Origin: an uncultured Chloroflexia bacterium
Lineage (GTDB): Bacteria; Chloroflexota; Limnocylindria; Limnocylindrales; CSP1-4
Reading direction: 5' to 3'
DNA length: 64,000 bases
Assembly (NCBI GenBank): GCA_963813335.1
Contig: CAWEYL010000006.1
Span: 64,001 to 128,000 of the forward strand
The notes beneath the pieces were generated by a model, which saw only the letters and a list, made by a program, of their open reading frames with translations, made no database searches and was not told where the DNA came from. The position numbers and the translations under genes are program-made. Numbering within the stretch: position 1 is the first letter of the stretch; the number at the start of each line of letters is the position of its first letter. Positions 37,909 through 47,633 of the stretch are shown here, piece after piece.

Positions 37909-40668
37909 ATGACCGAGACTGCTGCTCCCGCCAAGGCGTCCCCCGTCGCCTGGCACGGCCTCACGCCAGAGGACGCGCTGTCGCGTCAGGGCGTGACCAT
38001 CGAGGCCGGCCTGAGCGCCGCCGAGGCCACCAAGCGACAGGCCACCTTCGGCCCGAACCGGTTCGCCGAGGCCGCCAAGGAGCCCCGCTGGCAGGCGTTC
38101 GCGCGCCAGTACAAGGACCCGATGCAGATCGTGCTGCTCGCGGCCGGCGTCCTCAGCCTGTTCATCCCGAACCAGGTCGCGACCGGCATCGTCCTCATCG
38201 CGCTGACGCTCCTCAATGCCGCGATGGGCCTCAGCCAGGAAGGCAAGGCCAACGCCAGCGTGGCCGCCCTCCAGAAGATGATGGTCGTCAAGGCCAAGAC
38301 CCGCCGCGACGGCGCCCTGGTCGAGCTGGCGATGGAGGACCTGGTCCCCGGCGACATCGTCAACATCGAGGCCGGCGACCTGGTGCCGGCCGACGGCCGG
38401 ATCCTCACCGCGGCGACGCTCGAGATCGATGAGTCGGCGCTCACCGGCGAAAGCCTGCCGGTCCCCAAGCAGATCGAGGCCGTCGCCGCAGATGCGGCCC
38501 TCGGCGACCGCGTCGACCTCGCATTCATGAACACCCAGGTGACGCGCGGCGCGGGCACGATCCTCGTGGTCTCGACAGGGATGAGCACCGAGGTCGGGCA
38601 TATCAGCGGCATGCTCCAGACCACCAAGGACGAGGTCACGCCGCTCACCCGCCAGCTCAACTCCCTCACCAACCAGATCCTCATCATCGCCGGCGTCGCC
38701 CTGCTGATCTCCATCGGGATCGGCCTGTGGCGGGACACTCCCTTCGACACGCTGTTCCTCACGGCCATCGCGTTCTCCGTCTCGGCCATCCCGACGGGCC
38801 TGCCCGCGGTGGTCACCGCCATCCTCTCGAAGGGCACCCAGACCCTTGCCGCCTCCGGGGCGATCGTGAAGCGCCTGCGTTCGGTGGAGACGCTCGGCTC
38901 CACCTCGGCGATCAACTCCGACAAGACCGGCACCCTGACGCTCAACCAGATGACCGCGGTCCAGATGGCCGTCGTCGGCCACCGCTACACGGTCTCGGGC
39001 GAGGGCTACTCGACGATCGGGCAGATCGCCCAGGTCGGCGGCCAGCCCGAGGTCAAGCTCGACAAGCTGATGCTGCCGATGGCGCTGTGCGCTGATGCCG
39101 AGGTGAAGGACGGCGGGCTCGTCGGCGACCCGACCGAAGGGGCGCTCGTGGTCCTCGCCGCGAAGGGTGGCGTCGACCCGGCCCTGACCCGCGAGCAGTA
39201 CCCGCGGGTCGCGACGCTCCCGTTCGACGCGGCCTACAAGTTCATGGCGACCTTCCACCGGATGGATGGCGACGACGGCAAGCCGGTGATCCGTGCCTAC
39301 GTGAAGGGCGCCCCGGACCAGCTGCTGGCACGGGCCGGCTGGGCGGTGGCGCCCGAAGGCGACCGCCACCCGATCGGCGATGTCCGCGAGCCGTACCTGG
39401 CTGAGAACGATCGGCTCGGCTCGCAGGGGCTGCGGGTCATGGCGACCGGCCAGCGCGACTTCGACCCGGCGACCTTCGACCCCAACGCCGACCTGCTGCC
39501 GCTCATCGACGACCTCGAGCTCCTGGCCCTGGTCGGCATCGTCGACCCGCCGCGGCCCGAAGCCCGTGTCGCCATCGCCGAGGCCAAGTCGGCCGGCATC
39601 AAGGTGCGCATGATCACCGGCGACCACGCGATCACCGCGGAGGCGATCGCGCGCCAGCTGGGCATCGAAGGGGCGGCCATCACCGGCGCCGAGTTCTCGG
39701 CGATGGCCGACGAGGAGGCCGACCGACGCATCGACGACATCGGCGTCATCGCCCGGGTCGCGCCCGAAGACAAGGTCCGCCTCGTCAACATCCTGCGGCG
39801 CAAGGGCCACATCGTGGCGATGACCGGCGACGGCGTGAACGACGCGCCGGCGCTCAAGATGGCCGACATCGGCGTGGCCATGGGCATCACCGGCACCGAG
39901 GTCTCCAAGGAGGCCGCGGTGATGATCCTGACCGACGACAACTTCGCGACCATCGTCAAGGCCGTCGAGCAGGGCCGCGCGCTGTACGACAACCTGATGC
40001 GCTACATCCGGTTCCAGATGGCGTGCCTCTTCGGGTTCATCGGCACATTCCTCGGTGCGAGCATCTTCAACATCCTGGCCGGCGTGCCGTTCCTCCCGCT
40101 GCAGACCCTGTGGATCAACTTCACGGCCGACATCTTCCAGGCCATCGGGCTCGGCTACGGCAAGGCACGGGTGGGCCTGATGGAGGAGTCGCCACGCCCC
40201 AAGGACCAGGAGATCCTGCCGCGGCCGCTCTTCCTCTGGCTGGCGTTCATCGGCATCGTCATGGCCGTCGGCACCCTCGGAGTGATCGTCTGGTCCAATA
40301 ACGCCTTCAACGAGACGGTCGCGCACACGATGGGCCTCGCGACGTTCTCGATCTTCCACCTGTTCTTCTCGCTCGAGACCGCCAATGAGGAGCGGACACT
40401 CTTCAGCAGCGAGCTCCTCGAGAACCCGACGCTCCTGAAGACCTCGGCCCTGTCCGTGGTCACGATCTTCCTCGCGACGTCGTTCGGCCCGCTCCAGCGG
40501 ATGCTCGATACGACCGAGCTCGATGCCCGCCAGTGGGCGCTCTGCGGCCTCGTGGCCGCGTCGATCATCGTCATCACCGAGGTCCGCAAGGTCTTCCGCC
40601 GGAGGAGCGCCGCGGTCGTGGCCGCGGCGGCAGCACCGGCGGCGCCGGCAGCCCCAGCAGCGGCCTAG
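37909..40668 (+). CDS. P-type ATPase, type II-like (IPTGLP variant)
   Basis: TGES, DKTGT, KGAP, TGD, GDGVND; M4 reads IPTGLP. Confidence 0.92.
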   Translation: MTETAAPAKASPVAWHGLTPEDALSRQGVTIEAGLSAAEATKRQATFGPNRFAEAAKEPRWQAFARQYKDPMQIVLLAAGVLSLFIPNQVATGIVLIALTLLNAAMGLSQEGKANASVAALQKMMVVKAKTRRDGALVELAMEDLVPGDIVNIEAGDLVPADGRILTAATLEIDESALTGESLPVPKQIEAVAADAALGDRVDLAFMNTQVTRGAGTILVVSTGMSTEVGHISGMLQTTKDEVTPLTRQLNSLTNQILIIAGVALLISIGIGLWRDTPFDTLFLTAIAFSVSAIPTGLPAVVTAILSKGTQTLAASGAIVKRLRSVETLGSTSAINSDKTGTLTLNQMTAVQMAVVGHRYTVSGEGYSTIGQIAQVGGQPEVKLDKLMLPMALCADAEVKDGGLVGDPTEGALVVLAAKGGVDPALTREQYPRVATLPFDAAYKFMATFHRMDGDDGKPVIRAYVKGAPDQLLARAGWAVAPEGDRHPIGDVREPYLAENDRLGSQGLRVMATGQRDFDPATFDPNADLLPLIDDLELLALVGIVDPPRPEARVAIAEAKSAGIKVRMITGDHAITAEAIARQLGIEGAAITGAEFSAMADEEADRRIDDIGVIARVAPEDKVRLVNILRRKGHIVAMTGDGVNDAPALKMADIGVAMGITGTEVSKEAAVMILTDDNFATIVKAVEQGRALYDNLMRYIRFQMACLFGFIGTFLGASIFNILAGVPFLPLQTLWINFTADIFQAIGLGYGKARVGLMEESPRPKDQEILPRPLFLWLAFIGIVMAVGTLGVIVWSNNAFNETVAHTMGLATFSIFHLFFSLETANEERTLFSSELLENPTLLKTSALSVVTIFLATSFGPLQRMLDTTELDARQWALCGLVAASIIVITEVRKVFRRRSAAVVAAAAAPAAPAAPAAA

Positions 40669-40670
40669 CC

Positions 40671-42173
40671 ATGGCGGTCATCATCCCGCGCTGGGAGTGG
40701 CGCACCTTCGGGTCGCACTTCGGCGCTGCCGACGCCGCGTTCGCCGCGATGACGCCGACCGGCGTCGCCGACAGCGACGAGTCGTACCTGCTGACGGCAG
40801 CGCCGGGGGCGCCGGCCATCGTCAAGGTCCGCTTCGACCTGATGGACATCAAGGTCCTGCGCGAGGTGGACGCCGACGGCCTCGAGCGCTGGGAGCCCAT
40901 CCTCAAGGTGGGCTTCCCGATGGCCGCTGCCGACGTCGCGCGCGTCGCCGATGCCCTCCACATCGCGCCGGCGTCGCCGGCGCGCGAGACGTACACCTTG
41001 GCCCAGTTCCTCGACGAGGTCGCCGGTCCCAGCGGCATGGTCCGTGCCGTCGACGTGCACAAGCACCGCGTCCGCTACACCGTCAACGGCTGCTCGTCCG
41101 AGGTCTCCGAGGTCACCGCGGGCGGCAAGACGACCCGCACGATCGCCATCGAATCCGAGGACGCGGCCGCGGTCGTCGAGGGGATCCGCCAGGTCGGCCT
41201 CGATGGCTACACCAACACGAATTACCCGAGCGGCCTCGCGGCGCTCCTCGATGGCCTGCCCGAGCGCTACGCGGTGATCGACGTCGGCACCAACTCGATC
41301 AAGTTCCACGTCGCCGAGCTCGACGCCGGCGGCGCGTTCCACACGCTCGTGGACCGCGCCGAGGTGACCCAGCTCGGCCAGGGCATCGACCAGGGCGGGG
41401 AGATCATCCCCGAGGCGCTTGAGCGTGCCGTCGTCGCCATCGACGGCATGGCCGACGAGGCGAAGTCGCTCGGGGTGCGGGCGCTGGTCGCCGTCGGCAC
41501 AGCGGGCCTGCGCGCGGCCGCAAACCGCGACGCGGTCACGGACACCATCCACGCGCGCACCGGCGTGACGATCCGGGTGATCCCGGGCGCAGAGGAGGGG
41601 CGACTCGCCTACAAGGCCGTCGAAGCCGGGCTCGGCACCACCGCCGGGAGCCTCGTCGTCTTCGACACCGGTGGCGGGAGCTCGCAGTTCACGTTCGGCC
41701 GCGACGGCGCCGTCCTGGAGCAGTACAGCGTGCCGGTGGGAGCGGTCCGGCTCACGGAGCGGTTCGGCCTGGCCGGCGCGGTCAGCCAGGCGGTCCTCGA
41801 CGAGGCGCTGGCGGCCATCGCGGCAGAGCTGTCCAGCCTCGATGGGCGCCCCCGGCCGGACGGCCTGGTCGGCATGGGCGGCGCGATCACGAACATCACC
41901 GCCGTCCAGCATTCGATGGCCGTCTACGACCCGAGCGTGGTCCAGGGCTCCGTCCTGCAGCGCGCGGAGCTGGAGCGCCAGATCGAGCTGTACCGCTCGC
42001 GCGACGCCGACGGTCGTCGATCGATCGTGGGGCTCCAGCCGAAGCGCGCGGAAGTCATCCTGGCCGGGGCGTGCGTGGTCCTGACCGTCATGGACAAGCT
42101 CGGCCAGACCTCGCTGACCGTCAGCGACCGTGGCCTCCGCCACGGCGTCCTCGCGGAGTCGTTCGGCCGCTAG
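40671..42173 (+). CDS. CYTH-like domain fused to Ppx/GppA phosphatase
   Basis: N-terminal RWEWRTF, KVR, HKHR..IAIESE; C-terminal IDVGTNSIK, GTAGLRAAAN, EEG, DTGGGS, GLRHG. Confidence 0.8.
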   Translation: MAVIIPRWEWRTFGSHFGAADAAFAAMTPTGVADSDESYLLTAAPGAPAIVKVRFDLMDIKVLREVDADGLERWEPILKVGFPMAAADVARVADALHIAPASPARETYTLAQFLDEVAGPSGMVRAVDVHKHRVRYTVNGCSSEVSEVTAGGKTTRTIAIESEDAAAVVEGIRQVGLDGYTNTNYPSGLAALLDGLPERYAVIDVGTNSIKFHVAELDAGGAFHTLVDRAEVTQLGQGIDQGGEIIPEALERAVVAIDGMADEAKSLGVRALVAVGTAGLRAAANRDAVTDTIHARTGVTIRVIPGAEEGRLAYKAVEAGLGTTAGSLVVFDTGGGSSQFTFGRDGAVLEQYSVPVGAVRLTERFGLAGAVSQAVLDEALAAIAAELSSLDGRPRPDGLVGMGGAITNITAVQHSMAVYDPSVVQGSVLQRAELERQIELYRSRDADGRRSIVGLQPKRAEVILAGACVVLTVMDKLGQTSLTVSDRGLRHGVLAESFGR

Positions 42174-42184
42174 ACGGCCAACGG

Positions 42185-43447
42185 TCAGCTCGCGATCGCC
42201 TGCCCGCGCGATGTGCGGCGCGTGGCGAGCTCCGGCGTGTCGGCGAGTTCGGGCGCCGCGGCCGGGAGTCCGCTCGTCAACCGCCCATACCAGGCCACGA
42301 GCGGCCCGGCTGACAGCCCGTGGAGCACGATGCTGAGCAGGACCGTCGTCGCGACCGCAGCCGCGACGCCCGCCTCCAGGTGCGGGGACCGATCGTCGCC
42401 GAGCGCGAGCAGCGCGAGCACGATCGACGCGAGGCCCCGTGGACCGAACCATCCGATGAACGCGATCGTCGGGATCGACAGGCGGGTCTGGACCAGGGCG
42501 ACGGCGACCGGGAGCATCCGGATGACCGTCAGTGACAGCACGGCGTAGGCGACCACCGCCGGCGAGTACCCGGCGATCTGCGGGACGAGCGCCCCGAAGA
42601 GGAAGAACACGGCCGCCCCGGCGACCTCGCCTGACGTCTCGCCGAACTCGGTGAACGCCTCCGGCATCCGCCCGCCGACCGCCGTCGCCGCCATCCCGGC
42701 CGTGAATGCCGCGATGAATGAATTCCCGCCGAGCAGCGGCGTGATGGCCCAGGCCAGGATCGCCAGGGCCGGGGCCACGGCCCATCGGAATGAGGGCGAC
42801 AGGTGATCCTTCGCCGTGGCCCAACGGACGAGTGCGGCCCCGATGGCCCCGACCGCGATTCCCACGAGGACCCCCAGGCCGATCTCCGAGGCAGCGAACC
42901 GGATCCACTCGGTCCCGCCGTTCGACTCTTCCTCGATGGCGACGACGAAGAGGACGAGCGGGGTGACGATGCCGTCGTTCAGCCCCGACTCCACGTTGAT
43001 CGCCTGGCGGATGCGGACGGGGATCCGGCGGTCGTTGACCACGGCCGCCCCGAGCCCGGCGTCGGTCGGGGCCAGGAGCACCGCGACCAGCAACGCGCCC
43101 GTCAGGCCCAGGCCAGGCAGGATGGCCATGGCGACCGCGACGCCGAGCGCGATCGTCAGCGGCAGGCCGATCAGCAGCAGCCGGGCGGGCAGGCTGGCGG
43201 TCCCCCGGATGGATCGGATGTCGATGCGCGACGCGTCCGTGAACAGGCACAGGACGAGGGCGATCTCCCCGACGAGGCGCAACTCCTCGCCTGCCTGTCC
43301 GCCCGTCAGGATCCCGGGCGCGAGCGCGCCGACGAGCAGGCCGACCGCGAGGCTGGCGATCTGCGGCGTGACGCTCCAGCCGCCCAGCGTCCTGGAGACC
43401 AGGGCGTAGCCCAGGACCGTTGCCGCGAAGACGCCGACGATCAGCAA
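42185..43447 (-). CDS. Cation:proton antiporter (CPA1/NhaP-like)
   Basis: LFTDA, APTDAGLG, NVESGLNDG, GWFGPRGLAS. Confidence 0.9.
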   Translation of the reverse strand: MLIVGVFAATVLGYALVSRTLGGWSVTPQIASLAVGLLVGALAPGILTGGQAGEELRLVGEIALVLCLFTDASRIDIRSIRGTASLPARLLLIGLPLTIALGVAVAMAILPGLGLTGALLVAVLLAPTDAGLGAAVVNDRRIPVRIRQAINVESGLNDGIVTPLVLFVVAIEEESNGGTEWIRFAASEIGLGVLVGIAVGAIGAALVRWATAKDHLSPSFRWAVAPALAILAWAITPLLGGNSFIAAFTAGMAATAVGGRMPEAFTEFGETSGEVAGAAVFFLFGALVPQIAGYSPAVVAYAVLSLTVIRMLPVAVALVQTRLSIPTIAFIGWFGPRGLASIVLALLALGDDRSPHLEAGVAAAVATTVLLSIVLHGLSAGPLVAWYGRLTSGLPAAAPELADTPELATRRTSRGQAIAS

Positions 43448-43550
43448 GGCTGCCTCACGGCGTCAGTGTCGCGCACCGGGTGCCCCGCGTGGCGGTCAGA
43501 TGCCCAAGTGCAGCCGCAGCGCCTCATCGATGTCGACCAAGGATCGCGAT

Positions 43551-44345
43551 CTACGACCTTGGCTCGCGGTCGTACAGCCGGCGAGCCCACACGTAGCCCC
43601 CGACCGAGATCGCGAGGCACCAGGCGACCGCCACCACGCCGCTGGTCCCGATCGGCGTCCCGACGAGCAGCCCGCGCACCGTCTCGATCAGCGGCGTGAA
43701 CGGCTGGTGCTCGGCGAACCAGGCCAGCGGCGCGGGCATGGACTCGGTCGGGACGAAGCCGCTGCTCAGGAACGGCAGGAGGATCAGGAACATCGGGGAG
43801 TTGCTGGCGGTCTCGACGCTGCCGGCCGACATGCCGAGGGCGACCGACAGCCACGAGATCGCGAACGCCGCGAGGGCGAGCAGGCCGGTCGCCGCGAGCC
43901 ACTCCAGGGGGCCCGTGGTGGAGCGGAACCCGATCAGGACGGCGACGACCATGACGATGGCGATCGCGATCATGGTCTGGATCACGCTGCCGATCACATG
44001 GCCGGTCAGGACCGAGATGCGGGCGATGTCCATGGTCTTGAACCGGGCGATGATCCCTTCGGTCATGTCCATCGCGACCGAGATCGCCGTGCCCTGCGCC
44101 GCGCCGGCCACGGTGATCAGCAGGATCCCGGGGACGACGTACGCGATGTAGTCGGCGCGGTCGCCGCCGGCGGGAAGGCCGAGGCCGGCTCCCAGCGTGC
44201 CGCCGAAGACATACGCGAAGAGCAGCAGCAGGACGACCGGGATGCCGGCGATGAACAACGTCAGCGAGGGGTAGCGGCGCATCCGGCGGAGGTTGCGCCG
44301 GAGCATGGTCGCCGAGTCGGCGAGGACGAACGGATACGCAGTCAT
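43551..44345 (-). CDS. ABC-2 transporter permease (DrrB-like)
   Basis: YVVPGI, DMTEGIIARF, SSGFVP..MP..QPFT. Confidence 0.9.
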   Translation of the reverse strand: MTAYPFVLADSATMLRRNLRRMRRYPSLTLFIAGIPVVLLLLFAYVFGGTLGAGLGLPAGGDRADYIAYVVPGILLITVAGAAQGTAISVAMDMTEGIIARFKTMDIARISVLTGHVIGSVIQTMIAIAIVMVVAVLIGFRSTTGPLEWLAATGLLALAAFAISWLSVALGMSAGSVETASNSPMFLILLPFLSSGFVPTESMPAPLAWFAEHQPFTPLIETVRGLLVGTPIGTSGVVAVAWCLAISVGGYVWARRLYDREPRS

Positions 44346-45301
44346 GGAACGGTCACCTTCTGTGGTTCGGGGTCGCCCGTGAGCGACAGGAAGACGTCAT
44401 CGAGGTCGGGGGTCGCCAGCGAGAGCTCGCCCACATCGATCGCGTTCAGCTCGAGCGTGTCGAGGGTGGCGCGGAGCGAGCCGACAGCGCCGTCGCTCGG
44501 GATCTGGAGCGTGAGCGACTCGTCGTCGCGCGACGCTCCCTGGAATGCCGCCGCGGCCCGGTCGAGCTCGACCGAGTCGGCGAAGGAGAGCTGGATGTGG
44601 CCGCCCGGCACCAGCCGCTTCAGCTCGTCAGGCGTCCCCTCGGCGACCAGTCTGCCGTGGTCGAGCACGGCGATCCGGTCGGCGAGCCGGTCCGCCTCCT
44701 CGAGGTATTGCGTCGTCAGGAAGATGGTGACGCCGTCCGCGACGAGCTCCTTGATCGTCTGCCACATGCCGCGCCGGCTGCGTGGATCGAGGCCGGCGGT
44801 CGGCTCGTCGAGGAAGATGATCCGTGGATCGCCGATGAGGGTCATCGCGAGGTCAAGCCGCCGGCGCATGCCGCCGGAATAGGTGTTGACCGGCTTCGAG
44901 GCCGCCTCGACGAGGTCGAATCGCTGGAGCAGCTCCTCGACGCGCTGGCGGCCCGCCTGCTTGGCGAGGTGGCGCAGATCGGCCATCAGCCGCAGGTTCT
45001 CCTCGCCGGTGAACAGCCCGTCCACCGCCGAGAACTGGCCGGTGACCCCGATGAGGCCACGGACCGCGTCGGGTTCGCGACGGATGTCGTAGCCGGCCAC
45101 CAGCACCTCTCCGCCATCGGCGGAGATCAGGGTCGACAGGATCCGGACCATGGTGGTCTTGCCGGCGCCGTTCGGCCCCAGGAGGGCGAAGACCGTGCCC
45201 TCGGCGACCTCGAGGCCGATGCCGTCGAGGACGAGCTGCGTGCCGTAGGACTTGCGGAGGCCCGATACCTGGATCGCGCTCCGTGGCTCGATCGTCGTCA
45301 T
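44342..45301 (-). CDS. ABC transporter ATP-binding protein (DrrA-like)
   Basis: GPNGAGKTT, YSGGMRRR, FLDEPT. Confidence 0.93.
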   Translation of the reverse strand: MTTIEPRSAIQVSGLRKSYGTQLVLDGIGLEVAEGTVFALLGPNGAGKTTMVRILSTLISADGGEVLVAGYDIRREPDAVRGLIGVTGQFSAVDGLFTGEENLRLMADLRHLAKQAGRQRVEELLQRFDLVEAASKPVNTYSGGMRRRLDLAMTLIGDPRIIFLDEPTAGLDPRSRRGMWQTIKELVADGVTIFLTTQYLEEADRLADRIAVLDHGRLVAEGTPDELKRLVPGGHIQLSFADSVELDRAAAAFQGASRDDESLTLQIPSDGAVGSLRATLDTLELNAIDVGELSLATPDLDDVFLSLTGDPEPQKVTVP

Positions 45302-45340
45302 GCCACACCTCCCCGAAGGTCGGCGAGCGGACGACGACGG

Positions 45341-45859
45341 TCAGATGTCGAGGTCTTCGACGGCTGGCTGCTTGGCGAACGTTGCCACGCTGTCGTAGAG
45401 CTGCGGCGGGATCCGGGTACGGAGCTCTTCGAGCGTGAGAACGACTTCGAGGGTCGACTCGCCGGGGATGTTCCCGTAACTGACATCCCCGATCCCGAGA
45501 TAGCCGCGCCATCCGGCCGGCTTCCCCTCGGCGTTGAGCACCGAGTAGTCCGCGCTGCGCTCGATGTGGACGACGTACTTGCCCGTCCGGCTGCGGTAGA
45601 CCCGGAAGGTCTCCATGCGGCTGTTCGACGAATTGAACCACTCGCCGAGGAGGAGGCCCGTGAAGCGGACCTTGCGGCCCTTGCCGCGTCCCACCCGGAC
45701 GATGATCTCGTCGTAGCCCTCGCGCCGACCCTCCTCGACATCGACATGGCGACGGAGGGCAGCTGCGATGGCCGCGGAGAGGTTGCCGCCGGCAAGCTCT
45801 TGCGCGCGCTGGTAGAGGCTGAGGTCTCCATCGGAGACATAGATGGTCTTGTTCGGCAC
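45341..45859 (-). CDS. EXLDI-family protein (probable regulator)
   Basis: PNKTIYVSD N-terminus and C-terminal VEDLDI. Confidence 0.8.
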   Translation of the reverse strand: MPNKTIYVSDGDLSLYQRAQELAGGNLSAAIAAALRRHVDVEEGRREGYDEIIVRVGRGKGRKVRFTGLLLGEWFNSSNSRMETFRVYRSRTGKYVVHIERSADYSVLNAEGKPAGWRGYLGIGDVSYGNIPGESTLEVVLTLEELRTRIPPQLYDSVATFAKQPAVEDLDI

Positions 45860-45891
45860 CACGACATCGTAACTCCCCGTCATACGGACCA

Positions 45892-45917
45892 GATATACGT
45901 ACGAGTATACGTATATC
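45892..45917. promoter_or_regulatory. AT-rich operator-like palindrome
   Basis: GATATACGTA-cgagta-TACGTATATC perfect 10-bp inverted repeat upstream of EXLDI. Confidence 0.65.
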
Positions 45918-45979
45918 GACCCGCACGTCAAGGGCGATGTCGGCGTCCAAGACATCCGATGAACCTCGCAGAGCGGCGC

Positions 45980-47248
45980 TCAGCGCGGGCGGCGGACCCC
46001 GATCACGACCGCGGCGATCACGAGCGAGGCGGTCGCCCCGAGCCCGATGGCAGTCAGGGCGCCGCCGGCGACGACCAGCGGGTCCAGCCCGGGCGGCACG
46101 CCGACCGTCAGCGCCGCGACGCCAGCATCCAGGACGACGAGACGCACCACGGCGGCCCGACCGAGGAGCCCGCGTTGTCGTGCGTGCGCGGCGGGATCAC
46201 CCGGGCCGATCGCCGGCAGCAGATGCGTCGCCGAAGCGACGATCGCGAGCCCGACCCAGCCGACGATGAGCGGACCGGCGATCGCCTCGACCGACCATCC
46301 CGCCGGATCGGCGCCGAACACCAGCACCCGCCCGGACGCGATCGCGATCCCCACCTCGAGCCATGCGATCGCTGACACGAGGCCGTCCATCGCGAAGCGA
46401 TGCCAACCCGGGTCCGTCGTCCATCGGCCTCGCGACAGCCAGGTTCGCCAGGCATATACGGCGAGGCCGCCTGCCCCGGCGATGGTTCCGATGGCACCGA
46501 CTCGAGCGACGGGATCCGACCCCATCACGAAGCCCAGGGCGACGACCGGTGCGCCGGAGGCCAGACCATAGACGGTCACCCGCGCACTCGGGCGAAGGGC
46601 GATCCGCGCACCGACGACGGTCGGGAAGAAGTGGAGCAACGTCGTGGCGATGACGAGGGAGACGAATCCGACGAGATTCAGCCACGCGTGGGCCGGCTTG
46701 ATCCTGGCCCAGCCCTCGACGACCGGCGACCAACCAGCGACCAGGAGGGTCGCGATGCTCGCCCCGACCACCACCTCGCCAAGGGCGATCGCGTAGCCCT
46801 GGCTCACAAGTCCTCGGCTCGGCCCGAGCGCTCGACCAAGCGTGCGGATCGTCACGATCGCGGTCAGGACGATGCCTGCCACGAACGCCATGCCGCCGGC
46901 AGTGGCGAGTCGGACCTCGTTCCCCACCACGCCGATCGAAACGGCGGCGGCGCCGAGGGCGACCGCACCCACCGAGGCCGCCCGTGACCTGGGATCGGCG
47001 GGGGGCGCCGCCGAGAGTGCAGCCGCGAAGAAGGGCATCACACCGGCGATCGCCGTCGTTGCGCCGCCCGCGAGGGCGAGGTGCAGCGGGAGCCAGAGGC
47101 CGCGCCGAACGCTCTCGGGCAGGAACATCGCGACGACCGCCGCGATGAGGAACCCCACCGAGATGACGATGGCCGCCAGCGCCACGAGCCGGTCCGACGA
47201 ACGGTCGATGGGTCCGACACGGCGACGCGGGACGGTGGGGTCGATCAC
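45980..47248 (-). CDS. Polytopic membrane protein with His-containing helices (NnrS-like)
   Basis: About 12 hydrophobic segments; WLPLHLAL, AHAWLNLVGF, LHFFP, THLLP; start uncertain. Confidence 0.6.
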   Translation of the reverse strand: MIDPTVPRRRVGPIDRSSDRLVALAAIVISVGFLIAAVVAMFLPESVRRGLWLPLHLALAGGATTAIAGVMPFFAAALSAAPPADPRSRAASVGAVALGAAAVSIGVVGNEVRLATAGGMAFVAGIVLTAIVTIRTLGRALGPSRGLVSQGYAIALGEVVVGASIATLLVAGWSPVVEGWARIKPAHAWLNLVGFVSLVIATTLLHFFPTVVGARIALRPSARVTVYGLASGAPVVALGFVMGSDPVARVGAIGTIAGAGGLAVYAWRTWLSRGRWTTDPGWHRFAMDGLVSAIAWLEVGIAIASGRVLVFGADPAGWSVEAIAGPLIVGWVGLAIVASATHLLPAIGPGDPAAHARQRGLLGRAAVVRLVVLDAGVAALTVGVPPGLDPLVVAGGALTAIGLGATASLVIAAVVIGVRRPR

Positions 47249-47339
47249 GGGACGGCCAGCATACCGCCGCACGAGCGGCACTCCGACCAGCGACGATCGG
47301 GTCTTGTCCAGCCCGCCCGTCATGCCTAGACTCGCGCCC

Positions 47340-47603
47340 GTGGACGCCACGCCGACCCTTCGGATCGCGACCCTCGACGACGCCGCGGCGATCCTCGAAG
47401 CCTGCGAGGCGGCCGCCCTCGCCGAGGGCTTCACGACCCTGGCCCTGATCGCCACGCTGCCGGGCGTGCTGCTCTACGAGAAGTTCGGCTTCGAACGGGT
47501 CGAGGACGCCGAGGTCACCATGCCGGACGGCACGACCGTCGCCGCGGTCAGCATGCGGATGGCCGTCCCGAGGTCAGCGGCTAGCAGGCCGTCGGCGATG
47601 TAA
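47340..47603 (+). pseudogene. Internally deleted GNAT acetyltransferase
   Basis: LRIATLDDAAAI joined directly to LEACEAAA..LIATLPGVLLYEKFGF; central acetyl-CoA-binding segment missing. Confidence 0.55.
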
Positions 47604-47633
47604 CGACCGCCGTCCGGGCGGCATCTGTAGGTC

